From NCBI GenBank assembly GCA_038142325.1, contig JAYQJW010000002.1:480001-544000 (forward strand): a stretch of 64,000 bases of DNA, read 5' to 3'. The translations under genes were made by a program, and so were the position numbers. Position 1 is the stretch's first letter. Each line of letters begins with the position of its first letter. Positions 1-11,454 of this stretch are shown here, piece by piece. The notes beneath the pieces are model-generated. The model did no database searches. It saw only the letters and a list, made by a program, of their open reading frames with translations, and was not told the DNA's origin. This DNA comes from Gammaproteobacteria bacterium. Lineage in GTDB: Bacteria > Pseudomonadota > Gammaproteobacteria > GCA-002705445 > GCA-002716945.

Positions 1-771
1 TTTTCTGACGAAAATTATAAGAAATCAAAAAATTTAGGTGCTGTTAACTCTATCAATTGGGCTCGGATTATGTGCCAGATTACTTACTACTTCTATTCTG
101 CCAGTAGAATCAATGACTCAGAAAATATTGTCTATTCGGTCCCCACAGGAAATTTTGGCGATATTCTTGCTGGATACATTGCTAAACAAATGGGATTAAT
201 TTTTAGAAAATTAATAATAGCAACTAATGAGAACAATATTCTAGATAGAGCATTAAAATCGGGAGAACATTCGATTAATAAGGTAATTAGTACGACATCA
301 CCAAGTATTGACATTCAGATCTCCAGTAATTTTGAAAGATTGATATATGATTCCTGTAAAGATTCTGATCATGTGTGTCAATTGATGAGAAACTTAAAGC
401 AATATAAATCATTTACTCTATCAGAAGAAATAAGAAAATATATTTTAAATTATTTTATTTCTGATTCAGCAATTGAGAGTGAAGTTGAACAAACGATTCT
501 AAAGTATTTTAATGATTACAAAATTACATTAGACCCTCATACAGCAGTTGGTGTGGTCTGTGGAAAAAAATATCAATCATCAGATGATATTTTGGTAACT
601 TTAGCTACAGCACATCCAGCAAAATTTAAAGAAACGGTTTCTCGAATAATTTCAAATAATTCTTTTATCACTGACAAAGTCAGAGATTTGGATAAATTAA
701 AAGAAAATATGATTATTGTTGATAATAATTCAAAAGATATTAAATCAATAATTGATGGAAAAGTTGCATGA
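1..771 (+). CDS. thrC: Threonine synthase (5'-truncated by window edge)
   Basis: Frame open from base 1: LGAVNSINWARIMCQ, VPTGNFG, SPSIDIQISSNFERL, DPHTA, TAHPAKF. Confidence 0.95.
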   Translation, partial: FSDENYKKSKNLGAVNSINWARIMCQITYYFYSASRINDSENIVYSVPTGNFGDILAGYIAKQMGLIFRKLIIATNENNILDRALKSGEHSINKVISTTSPSIDIQISSNFERLIYDSCKDSDHVCQLMRNLKQYKSFTLSEEIRKYILNYFISDSAIESEVEQTILKYFNDYKITLDPHTAVGVVCGKKYQSSDDILVTLATAHPAKFKETVSRIISNNSFITDKVRDLDKLKENMIIVDNNSKDIKSIIDGKVA

Positions 772-938
772 GAGTTCTATTAATTCTATTTTTCCTAATC
801 TTAGCAATCGGTTTAATTCGTAAGAAAATAAATACAAAGTATGAATTTATTCACTATGTTCTAACTCTTTTGTTTTATATATTTATATTTTTATTTGTTT
901 ACATTCTTGGAATGCATTTTTTAGGACATAGTATTTAA
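768..938 (+). CDS. Small hypothetical membrane protein, 56 aa, two hydrophobic segments
   Basis: ATGA overlap with thrC stop; MRVLLILFFLILAIGLIRKKINTKYEFIHYVLTLLFYIFIFLFVYILGMHFLGHSI*; fills the gap exactly to the trxB stop; below the ORF-track cutoff. Confidence 0.6.
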   Translation: MRVLLILFFLILAIGLIRKKINTKYEFIHYVLTLLFYIFIFLFVYILGMHFLGHSI

Positions 939-1898
<960 letters not shown>

Positions 1899-1997
1899 TT
1901 ATAATAACCTGAACATTATACACAATAATTTGTTATCGATATACATATATAATTTAGTATCAAAAGTTTGTATAATTTACATTAAAATGAGGTGTAT

Positions 1998-4196
1998 TTG
2001 GCACAAATAAGTAGAAACAAAAAGCTTTCTAAAACAAAGTTTAATTATTTGCCAAAAGAGATATTTAATTTCTTTTTTCTGACCTTCGCTCTACTTTTCA
2101 GTCTTTCTATAATTTCATATGATCCGTCTGATCCGAATTTTTTTAAAACAGGTCTTGGCGATACAATAAATAACTATATTGGAATAATTGGATCATATGT
2201 TTCACATATGACATTTATGATTTTTGGCAATGTATCATATTTACTTGCTTTATTTGTAACTTATTTATCGCTCTCAAAATATAGAATTATCTCACCATCT
2301 AATGCAGTTACTATTGCTCGCATTCTACTACCAGTCTTTTTCTTTCTTAGTTTTTGTACAATCCTAGAAAATATATCATCTAGTTCCGGTGGATATATTG
2401 GACATGTAATTTTTAATTATTCTTCTAATTATATTGGAACTTTTGGAGCCCTTATTGCTTCAGTATTAATAACTATTTATTCATTAGTTTATTACTTAGA
2501 TATTTCACTAAATGTTTTATACAAAAAAATCAAAAAACTGGGAACATATTTATATCTAAAAACAAAATATAAAATTAACTCATTTTATGGACAATTAAGT
2601 TTGAAAATTAAACTTTCAAAACAAAGAGAGCGTAATAAAATCAGAGATCTTAATAAGGAGCCAAACTCTGCAGAAATAAATATTATTAAGCCTAAAAAGC
2701 TAGAAAGTAAACGAGCATTTAAAGAGAAGCAGCAAACGTTGTTTGTTGATCAAAATAATAAATTACCGCTTATTGAGTTTCTTGAAAAACATGATTCAGA
2801 AATCATCAATCACGATGAAGCTTCGCTTAAACTGATGTCTGAGATGTTGGAACAGAATCTAAGTCATTACGGAATATCAGCTAAAGTTAAAGCGGTTAAG
2901 CCTGGGCCTATAGTGACACTGTTTGAGATAGAGCCTGTAGCAGGTACTAAAGCATCAACTATCAATAATATTAGTAAAGACCTTGCAAGGACTATGACTG
3001 TTCCTAGTCTTCGTGTCGTTGAAACTGTTCCTGGAACAGCCCATATAGGAATTGAAATACCTAATGACGATCGTGAAACAGTCTCACTTAAAGATATCAT
3101 ATGTTCAAAAGAATTTGAGAATTCTAGAGCATCACTCACTATGGCTTTAGGTAAAGATATTCAAGGAAAACCAGTTTGTGTGGATTTACATAAACTTCCT
3201 CATTTGTTAGTAGCAGGAACAACAGGCTCCGGGAAATCAGTTGCTGTTCATTCAATGATTATAAGTTTACTTTATAAACATGATATTGATCATTTGAAGT
3301 TTTTAATGATAGATCCAAAAATGCTGGAGTTAAGTTCATATGAAGGGCTCCCACATCTTCTACATCCTGTCGTAACAGATATGAATGAGGCTAAAAGCGT
3401 ACTCTACTGGTGTGTTCAAGAAATGGAAAGACGATATAGATATATGATGGATTTAAACGTACGCAATATTCAATCGTACAACAAACAAATTAAGGAAAAT
3501 AAAGAGGAGGGCATTGATGCAATCTATTCACCTACAGAGGGGAATAACGAGAAATATCATCAAAAACTACCGTATATAGTAGTGGTAGTAGATGAATTTG
3601 CAGATATGATGCAAACAGTTGGAAAAAAAGTTGAAGATTTAATTACTCGTTTAGCTCAAAAAGCAAGAGCTGCTGGTATTCATCTAATTTTAGCTACACA
3701 AAGACCATCGGTTAATGTAATAACTGGTCTCATTAAAGCAAATATACCAACTCGCCTTGGTTTAAAAGTTTCTTCAAACATTGACTCAAGGACAATTCTT
3801 GATTCTATGGGAGCAGAGCAACTTTTAGGTCTAGGTGACATGTTGTACAGAGGTTCAGGTACTCATGTTCTTCAAAGAATACATGGTGCTTTTGTTAGTG
3901 AACAAGAAATTGCTAAAGTATCTGATTTTCTAAGAGAACAGAAAGTTACTGATGATATTGAATCAATTCTACTCGAAGATGATGATAATGAAGACAATAC
4001 GGAAATAAATGAAACATCTGATGAACTTTATAATGAAGCTGTCAATATAGTTAAAGAAACTCGAAAAACTTCAATATCATTTTTACAAAGAAAACTTAAA
4101 ATTGGTTATAATCGAGCTGCAAATTTAATTGAAGCAATGGAAGCAAAAGGTATATTGTCTGAACCTCAACAAAACGGAAACCGAGAGATCTTATAA
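1998..4196 (+). CDS. ftsK: DNA translocase FtsK
   Basis: N-terminal TM region, Walker A GTTGSGKS, VVVVDEFAD, LATQRPS, gamma domain LQRKLKIGYNRAA; likely TTG start at 1998 after GAGGTG. Confidence 0.95.
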   Translation: MAQISRNKKLSKTKFNYLPKEIFNFFFLTFALLFSLSIISYDPSDPNFFKTGLGDTINNYIGIIGSYVSHMTFMIFGNVSYLLALFVTYLSLSKYRIISPSNAVTIARILLPVFFFLSFCTILENISSSSGGYIGHVIFNYSSNYIGTFGALIASVLITIYSLVYYLDISLNVLYKKIKKLGTYLYLKTKYKINSFYGQLSLKIKLSKQRERNKIRDLNKEPNSAEINIIKPKKLESKRAFKEKQQTLFVDQNNKLPLIEFLEKHDSEIINHDEASLKLMSEMLEQNLSHYGISAKVKAVKPGPIVTLFEIEPVAGTKASTINNISKDLARTMTVPSLRVVETVPGTAHIGIEIPNDDRETVSLKDIICSKEFENSRASLTMALGKDIQGKPVCVDLHKLPHLLVAGTTGSGKSVAVHSMIISLLYKHDIDHLKFLMIDPKMLELSSYEGLPHLLHPVVTDMNEAKSVLYWCVQEMERRYRYMMDLNVRNIQSYNKQIKENKEEGIDAIYSPTEGNNEKYHQKLPYIVVVVDEFADMMQTVGKKVEDLITRLAQKARAAGIHLILATQRPSVNVITGLIKANIPTRLGLKVSSNIDSRTILDSMGAEQLLGLGDMLYRGSGTHVLQRIHGAFVSEQEIAKVSDFLREQKVTDDIESILLEDDDNEDNTEINETSDELYNEAVNIVKETRKTSISFLQRKLKIGYNRAANLIEAMEAKGILSEPQQNGNREIL

Positions 4197-4200
4197 CTAA

Positions 4201-5474
<1,274 letters not shown>

Positions 5475-5484
5475 GACGGCTTAC

Positions 5485-5571
5485 GGAGACGTGCCAGAGT
5501 GGTTGAATGGGCCGGTCTTGAAAACCGTTAGGGTGTCAAAGCCCTCGTGGGTTCGAATCCCACCGTCTCCT
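5485..5571 (+). tRNA. tRNA-Ser(TGA)
   Basis: Acceptor GGAGACG/CGTCTCC, anticodon loop CTTGAAA, long variable arm, GGTTCGAATCC; CCA not encoded. Confidence 0.95.
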
Positions 5572-5581
5572 AAATAATATT

Positions 5582-6790
5582 TTGAATTCTAAGAAATACT
5601 ATAGTTGGGTACTTTATGATTGGGCTAACTCAGCTTATGCAACAATTGTCTTAGCAGGTTTTTTTCCTATCATTTATGCAGAATATTATGCAACAACAAT
5701 TACTGATTCTGAGCGTACACTTTATTTAGGTGTTTCAAATTCAGTTGCAAGCATCATATTAATTTTCATTGCACCTATATTTGGCTTACTTTCTGATAAA
5801 TTTTCAAACAAGAAATTATTTTTATTTATATTTGCTGCTTTGAGTATATCTTCTACTTTTACTTTATCGATGATATCAAATGATAGTTATATTTTAGCAT
5901 CCATCTTGTTTTCTATTTCCTTGTTAGGTTTTATGATGTCCAATGTTTTTTATGATTCAATGCTATTAAATTTCGAATCAGATAATTATGATGTAGTTTC
6001 ATCCATGGGATATGCTTTTGGTTATTTGGGTGGTGGTTTAGCATTCGTATTTTCTCTCGCATTACTTTACATGCAAGGAGAGTCTTCAGTTGACCTTATC
6101 TCATCAAAAAAAATTGTTTTCATAATTGCAGGTCTATGGTGGACGATATTCATGATACCTCTGTTTTTATTCTGGAAAGAGAATAAAAATACTACTGTAT
6201 CAACAACTGTATTTAATACATTTCGTGAAATTAGATTAAATAAATCAATTTTTTATTTTTTAATTGCTTACTGGGTATACATTGACGGTGTTGATACTGT
6301 TATTAGAATGGCTATAAATTATGGTCTAACTATTGGTTTTAATTCATTCGATCTTCTTATAGCACTTTTGATTACACAATTTGTTGCATTTCCTGGCACT
6401 CTACTTATTAATAAATTTGCGGAACATTTTTCAGCGGAGACAGCAATTGTAGGTTGTTTATTAGTATATCTCGTTATTACTGTACAAGCCTATTTTCTGG
6501 ATTCTATAATCGGATTTTATTTAATTGCTTCACTTGTAGGTCTTGTTCAAGGTGGCATTCAAGCCCTTAGTAGATCATATTTTGCAAGATTAATTCCTAA
6601 TGAAAAACACTCTGAATATTTTGGTATATACAATATGCTAGGTAAATTTGCAGCTTTATTAGGACCTATTATTGTTGGTTTAGTAACATTTATAACAGAT
6701 GATTCAAGATTGGGTATATTGAGCATAAGTATATTCTTTATTTTTGGTATAATCTTATTTTCTCACTCAAGAAAGTATAAATTGAATTAA
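5582..6790 (+). CDS. MFS transporter, Atg22/UMF1-like
   Basis: SWVLYDWANSAY, GYAFGYLGG, DGVDTVI, QGGIQALSRSYF; about 12 hydrophobic segments. Confidence 0.85.
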   Translation: MNSKKYYSWVLYDWANSAYATIVLAGFFPIIYAEYYATTITDSERTLYLGVSNSVASIILIFIAPIFGLLSDKFSNKKLFLFIFAALSISSTFTLSMISNDSYILASILFSISLLGFMMSNVFYDSMLLNFESDNYDVVSSMGYAFGYLGGGLAFVFSLALLYMQGESSVDLISSKKIVFIIAGLWWTIFMIPLFLFWKENKNTTVSTTVFNTFREIRLNKSIFYFLIAYWVYIDGVDTVIRMAINYGLTIGFNSFDLLIALLITQFVAFPGTLLINKFAEHFSAETAIVGCLLVYLVITVQAYFLDSIIGFYLIASLVGLVQGGIQALSRSYFARLIPNEKHSEYFGIYNMLGKFAALLGPIIVGLVTFITDDSRLGILSISIFFIFGIILFSHSRKYKLN

Positions 6791-6791
6791 C

Positions 6792-6878
6792 GGTAGGTTG
6801 GCAGAGTGGTCGAATGCGCCACCTTGGAAAGGTGGTTAACGAGCAATCGTTACAAGGGTTCGAATCCCTTACCTACCT
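6792..6878 (+). tRNA. tRNA-Ser(GGA)
   Basis: Acceptor GGTAGGT/ACCTACC, CCACC-TTGGAAA-GGTGG, long variable arm, GGTTCGAATCC; CCA not encoded. Confidence 0.95.
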
Positions 6879-6944
6879 ATTAGAAATCAACGATAGCAAA
6901 ATTTCATTTATTGAATTGATACATGTTAATATGTATTTCTATTT

Positions 6945-7403
6945 ATGACACAGTCCATCAAAAAACTATCTGATATAGAAAAGATAAATTTAAATAACGC
7001 TGTTGAATTTCTTGTGCCTTATGTCCACGCAATTGTAAAAATATCATCTGAAGTTGATCTATCTACATCAGAATTTAAGAGCAAAATCACAAGTCTTTAC
7101 TTAGAGATTAATTCCGAAGATAAAGGTAGAATTGAGGCATCGGCAAGTCACAATAATTTTGATTTTTCTCTATTATATACAGGGACAAGAAGCTTTATTC
7201 TAACGATAAAAGGTTTACGAAATTTTGAAGGTTTTTCATTTATGGAAACAAATAAGGGAATGAATCTTCATGATGATCTGAGTTCAAATAACGCGCACGT
7301 AAGTAATATGATAATGAATCAATTTTTAAAATATTACAAAAGCCCATATTTAATAAGTGATGTGTATAAAAAATTTTTAGAAAACGGTGAGAGTTTTATA
7401 TGA
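6945..7403 (+). CDS. Hypothetical protein, 152 aa
   Basis: Open frame with ATGA overlap to ugd; no motif recognised. Confidence 0.7.
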   Translation: MTQSIKKLSDIEKINLNNAVEFLVPYVHAIVKISSEVDLSTSEFKSKITSLYLEINSEDKGRIEASASHNNFDFSLLYTGTRSFILTIKGLRNFEGFSFMETNKGMNLHDDLSSNNAHVSNMIMNQFLKYYKSPYLISDVYKKFLENGESFI

Positions 7404-8569
7404 GAATATCAATAATAGGCGCCGGTTATGTTGGACTTTCAAATGCAGTACTCTTATCAACTAAACATGATGTCGTTTGTTACGATATTGATAAAACTAA
7501 AGTAGATCTGATTAATGATAAAAAATCTCCTATCAAAGATAAGTTAATTTCTCAATATTTACGCACAAAGAAAATATCATTAAAAGCAACATCACAACTT
7601 GATTCATCTATTTTTAAATCAAAAATTATTATTATTTCAACACCCACTAATTTTGATAATAAAAAAAATAAATTTGATACATCTTCTATAGATCAAATTT
7701 TAAAGAAACTATCTAGCAATAATGTACAATCAACGATTGTGATTAAATCTACAGTTTCAATTGGATATACTGAATCTGCTTGCAAAAAATATAAAAAATT
7801 GAAAATATATTTTTCTCCCGAGTTTCTTAGAGAAGGAAAAGCATTGGAAGATAATCTATATCCATCAAGAATAATAATCGGTGGTAATGACAAATATTCT
7901 AGAGAATTTATTCAAACTATTAAAAGAGTAGCTCTCAAAAAGAATATTAAAATATTATATATGTCGAATAGTGAAGCGGAGTCTGTAAAATTATTCTCAA
8001 ATACCTATCTTGCAACACGCGTTTCTTTTTTTAATGAATTAGATTCCTTTTGTGTTGAGAAAAAATTAGATTCTAAATCTATTATTGATGGACTATCATC
8101 GGATTCTAGAATAGGTGACATCTATAACAATCCATCCTTTGGCTTTGGAGGCTATTGTCTTCCAAAAGATACAAAACAATTGCGTTCAAGTTTTGGCAAT
8201 ATTCCTAATGCGCTGATAAAATCACTTGGCAATTCTAATCGGTTGCGAAAAAAGCATATTGTGAATGATATTTTAAAGCTTAAGTGTAGGAATATTGGTA
8301 TATATTTGCTTGCTATGAAGAAAGGCTCAGATAACTTCAGAGAATCAAGTATTATTGATATAATAAAACATCTTAGAAAAAGCAGTAAAAATGTTTTTAT
8401 ATATGAGCCCTTATTGAATGAGAAAAAAACTATATTTGGTTGTATTGTTTTAAATGATTTTGAAAAATTCTTAAAAAAATCAGATATTATAATTACTAAT
8501 AGATACTCACATAAACTCAATAAAGTATCAAATAAGATTTATACACGTGATATATATGGAGAAAATTAA
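7400..8569 (+). CDS. ugd: UDP-glucose 6-dehydrogenase family nucleotide-sugar dehydrogenase
   Basis: GAGYVG, IKSTV, SPEFLREG, NNPSFGFGGYCLPKD, SDNFRES, KIYTRD. Confidence 0.9.
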   Translation: MRISIIGAGYVGLSNAVLLSTKHDVVCYDIDKTKVDLINDKKSPIKDKLISQYLRTKKISLKATSQLDSSIFKSKIIIISTPTNFDNKKNKFDTSSIDQILKKLSSNNVQSTIVIKSTVSIGYTESACKKYKKLKIYFSPEFLREGKALEDNLYPSRIIIGGNDKYSREFIQTIKRVALKKNIKILYMSNSEAESVKLFSNTYLATRVSFFNELDSFCVEKKLDSKSIIDGLSSDSRIGDIYNNPSFGFGGYCLPKDTKQLRSSFGNIPNALIKSLGNSNRLRKKHIVNDILKLKCRNIGIYLLAMKKGSDNFRESSIIDIIKHLRKSSKNVFIYEPLLNEKKTIFGCIVLNDFEKFLKKSDIIITNRYSHKLNKVSNKIYTRDIYGEN

Positions 8570-8904
8570 TGTCAATTAAAATTAATTTTGTAAGAGGCGA
8601 TGAAGTTCTAACAACAACAATGAGTGTTGGTCGGACTATGCTTGATGCTGCAAAAAAATTAAAAATTCCTGAAATACCTGCTATATGCAATGGTTCTTGT
8701 AACTGCGGAACTTGTCATGTGCATATAGACCCTGAATGGGTGGATAAGATTGAGCCTATGGATCCGGGTTCAATGGAATTATTTATGTTAGAGCGTTCTG
8801 ATAACTATGATGAGCAAAGAAGTCGTTTATGCTGTCAAATGGACATTTATGATGTTTATGAGGGCCTAACTGTTCATCTAATTGATAATAGACAAGATAA
8901 ATAA
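8569..8904 (+). CDS. 2Fe-2S ferredoxin, adrenodoxin-type
   Basis: C-x5-C-x2-CHV (CNGSCNCGTCHV) and SRLCCQ. Confidence 0.9.
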   Translation: MSIKINFVRGDEVLTTTMSVGRTMLDAAKKLKIPEIPAICNGSCNCGTCHVHIDPEWVDKIEPMDPGSMELFMLERSDNYDEQRSRLCCQMDIYDVYEGLTVHLIDNRQDK

Positions 8905-8906
8905 CT

Positions 8907-9569
8907 ATGCTTAATCAGAACTTCCATGAAAAAGTTGTGATGCAATCATCTCAATTTGAATCTGTGTCTTCGCCGTGTGACGGTGTAATCAGAACATTAT
9001 TGGAAAGAAGTGAAGATTCTGAATACGCAATATCTACTACTTTAGTAGAATTCCAACCCGACTCGCGCTTTGATGAACATATACATGATCACGGAGAAGA
9101 GTTATTTGTTATAGAGGGTACATTTTCTGATGAATATGGTGATTATCCAGAAGGTACTTACATTAGAAATCCAAATGGTACTAAACATAGTCCATTTAGC
9201 AAACATGGATGTAAATTATTTGTTAAATTAAGACAATTCAATAACAAAGATGATAAAAAAATTATTATAAACACTAATAAACAGTCTTGGTTGCCTGGAT
9301 TGGTAAAAGGTCTTGAGGTTATGCCACTTCATAATTTTGAGCATGAGAATACTGCTTTAGTAAAATGGGATAAAAATACACAGTTTAACTTTCACCAACA
9401 TTTTGGCGGTGAGGAAATACTTGTTCTTAACGGTACATTCTATGATGAATTTGGAAGCTATCCAAAATTAACTTGGATAAGAAATCCGCATATGAGCAAG
9501 CACACTCCTTATACTCTAGATGATGGAGCATTAATTTTTGTTAAAACAGGACATCTATTAAGTCGATAA
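8907..9569 (+). CDS. Double-cupin protein, ChrR-like cupin family
   Basis: Two repeats HxH-x2-GEE...GTFxDExGxYP...RNP...HxP; ends FVKTGHL. Confidence 0.85.
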   Translation: MLNQNFHEKVVMQSSQFESVSSPCDGVIRTLLERSEDSEYAISTTLVEFQPDSRFDEHIHDHGEELFVIEGTFSDEYGDYPEGTYIRNPNGTKHSPFSKHGCKLFVKLRQFNNKDDKKIIINTNKQSWLPGLVKGLEVMPLHNFEHENTALVKWDKNTQFNFHQHFGGEEILVLNGTFYDEFGSYPKLTWIRNPHMSKHTPYTLDDGALIFVKTGHLLSR

Positions 9570-9570
9570 T

Positions 9571-11128
9571 ATGAATAATAAAATACTCGCTTTAAAATAT
9601 AGACCAAGATTTTTTAATGAAGTCATTGGACAAGATTTTTGCGTTCAATCACTTAGTAATTCAATCAAGTTAAATAAAATGCATAATGCTTACCTTTTCT
9701 CTGGCACCAGAGGAGTAGGTAAGACTACTATCGCAAGAATATTTGCAAAATCTTTACTTTGCAAAGAGGGTATTTCAGATACGCCATGTGGTAAATGCGA
9801 ATCTTGTCTTGGTATTGATAGTAATAATAATCTTGATTTAATTGAAATTGATGCTGCTTCAAGAACAAAAGTTGAAGATACTAGAACCTTAATGGAAAAT
9901 GTACAATATGCACCCACATCATCAAGATTTAAAATTTATCTCATTGATGAAGTACACATGCTATCTACAAAAAGCTTTAATGCATTATTAAAGACTATCG
10001 AAGCACCACCTGAGCATGTCAAATTTTTGCTTGCTACTACTGATCCTGAGAAACTTCCAGAAACAGTTATTTCAAGATGTTTACATTTTAAATTAGATTC
10101 AATTACAAAAGATAAATTAGCAGAATTTATAGGAGAAACTCTTGATAAAGAATCCATAGAATATGAACAGAATGTTCCTCTAATTATTTCAGAAGCTGCT
10201 AGAGGAAGCGTTAGAGATTCAATGAGTATTTTAGAACAATGTATATCATATGGTAACGGCAATCTTAAATATTCTGAAATTTCTCAACTACTGGGAATAG
10301 TAGATGAAAAACTAGTTGATAATATTTTATTAAATCTAATTAATAATTCTATGTCTAATATCCATGCAGCTTTTGGATGATAATGTATCAAACAATTATT
10401 ACAAGCTTCTTGATTGTCTCATCGAACGTGTTTTTCAAATATCAATTTCGCGTAAATCTGATTTAAAAAGTTATGATTTACCAGATGAGTTATTAGTTGA
10501 TACATTAAACCTTGAGGATTTGCAGTTATGGTATTCAATCCTGCTCCAAGCAAAAGAAGACTTTGGGTCTGCATCCTCTAAAAAGGATCATTTGCTAATG
10601 ATTTTATTGAGAATTAATTTATTTACTAATTATCCTAGTAATCAAGATATTGAACAAAAAAAACTAGTAACGATAATAAAGAGAAAAAACGAAAACAATA
10701 TTGTAAAAAAAAAAATAACTGAAGACAAAGTGTACGAGACAGATACTGTAGATTATTCGCTTGACTCCTTAAAAAAATTCATCAGTTCACAAGATATTCA
10801 AGGACTAATGCTTGATTTATCGCAGAATTCAATTATTGAGTCTAATAACAAATGCACAAAACTCATAATAGATGAATCAAAGAAGAATACTTATCCAAAA
10901 AAGTGCGTTGATGACTTTACCACACTAATAATTGATTATTTCAAAGTTACAAATGAACTTATTATTGAATATTCAAATGATATATTTACATTGTACAAAC
11001 AATCAATCAATGAGAAGTTAAAATCTCAGGATGATATGTATAACTCAGTTAAGGATAACACTCTTATTAAAGAGATTGAGGATGTTTTTGATGCTAAAAT
11101 AGATAAAGAAAATATTAGCAAACTATGA
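9571..11128 (+). CDS. dnaX: DNA polymerase III subunit gamma/tau (indel near 10372)
   Basis: LALKYRP, GTRGVGKTT, Zn-binding Cys cluster, EIDAAS, IDEVHMLS, SRC; continues in the 10364..11128 frame. Confidence 0.9.
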
Positions 11129-11140
11129 CGGGGAATTATT

Positions 11141-11449
11141 ATGGGCATGTTTGACAAAATGAAAGAAGCAAAAAATATGTACAGCAACATAAAGAAAGCT
11201 CAAAATGAAATTAACAAAATTAAAGTTGAAGGAACAGCTGGTGCAGGAGCAGTATCTGTTACAGTTAAAGGAAATCATCAGATTGTAAGTATTAAAATAG
11301 ATGATGATACGCAAAAGGGTAATAAAAAAATACTTGAAGATTACCTTGTTGCCGCATGTAACGATGCCATGAACAAACTAGAAAAAGAAACAAAAGATAA
11401 AATGGGTAGTGTTATGAACTTACCTGGCGGCATGAAGTTACCATTTTAA
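11141..11449 (+). CDS. ybaB: Nucleoid-associated protein YbaB/EbfC
   Basis: VEGTAGAGAVSVTVKG, LEDYLVAACNDA, LPGGMKLPF; between dnaX and recR. Confidence 0.9.
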   Translation: MGMFDKMKEAKNMYSNIKKAQNEINKIKVEGTAGAGAVSVTVKGNHQIVSIKIDDDTQKGNKKILEDYLVAACNDAMNKLEKETKDKMGSVMNLPGGMKLPF

Positions 11450-11454
11450 TTTAA

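Noticed and set aside
6792-9570. Prophage or integrative element at tRNA-Ser(GGA)
   Set aside because: No integrase, no attR copy of the tRNA 3' end and no phage structural genes.
10360-10385. dnaX ORF break as the programmed tau/gamma frameshift
   Set aside because: It falls at about codon 268, inside the collar domain, which would give a non-functional gamma. It is a T4 run with no slippery heptamer and matches the general indel noise.
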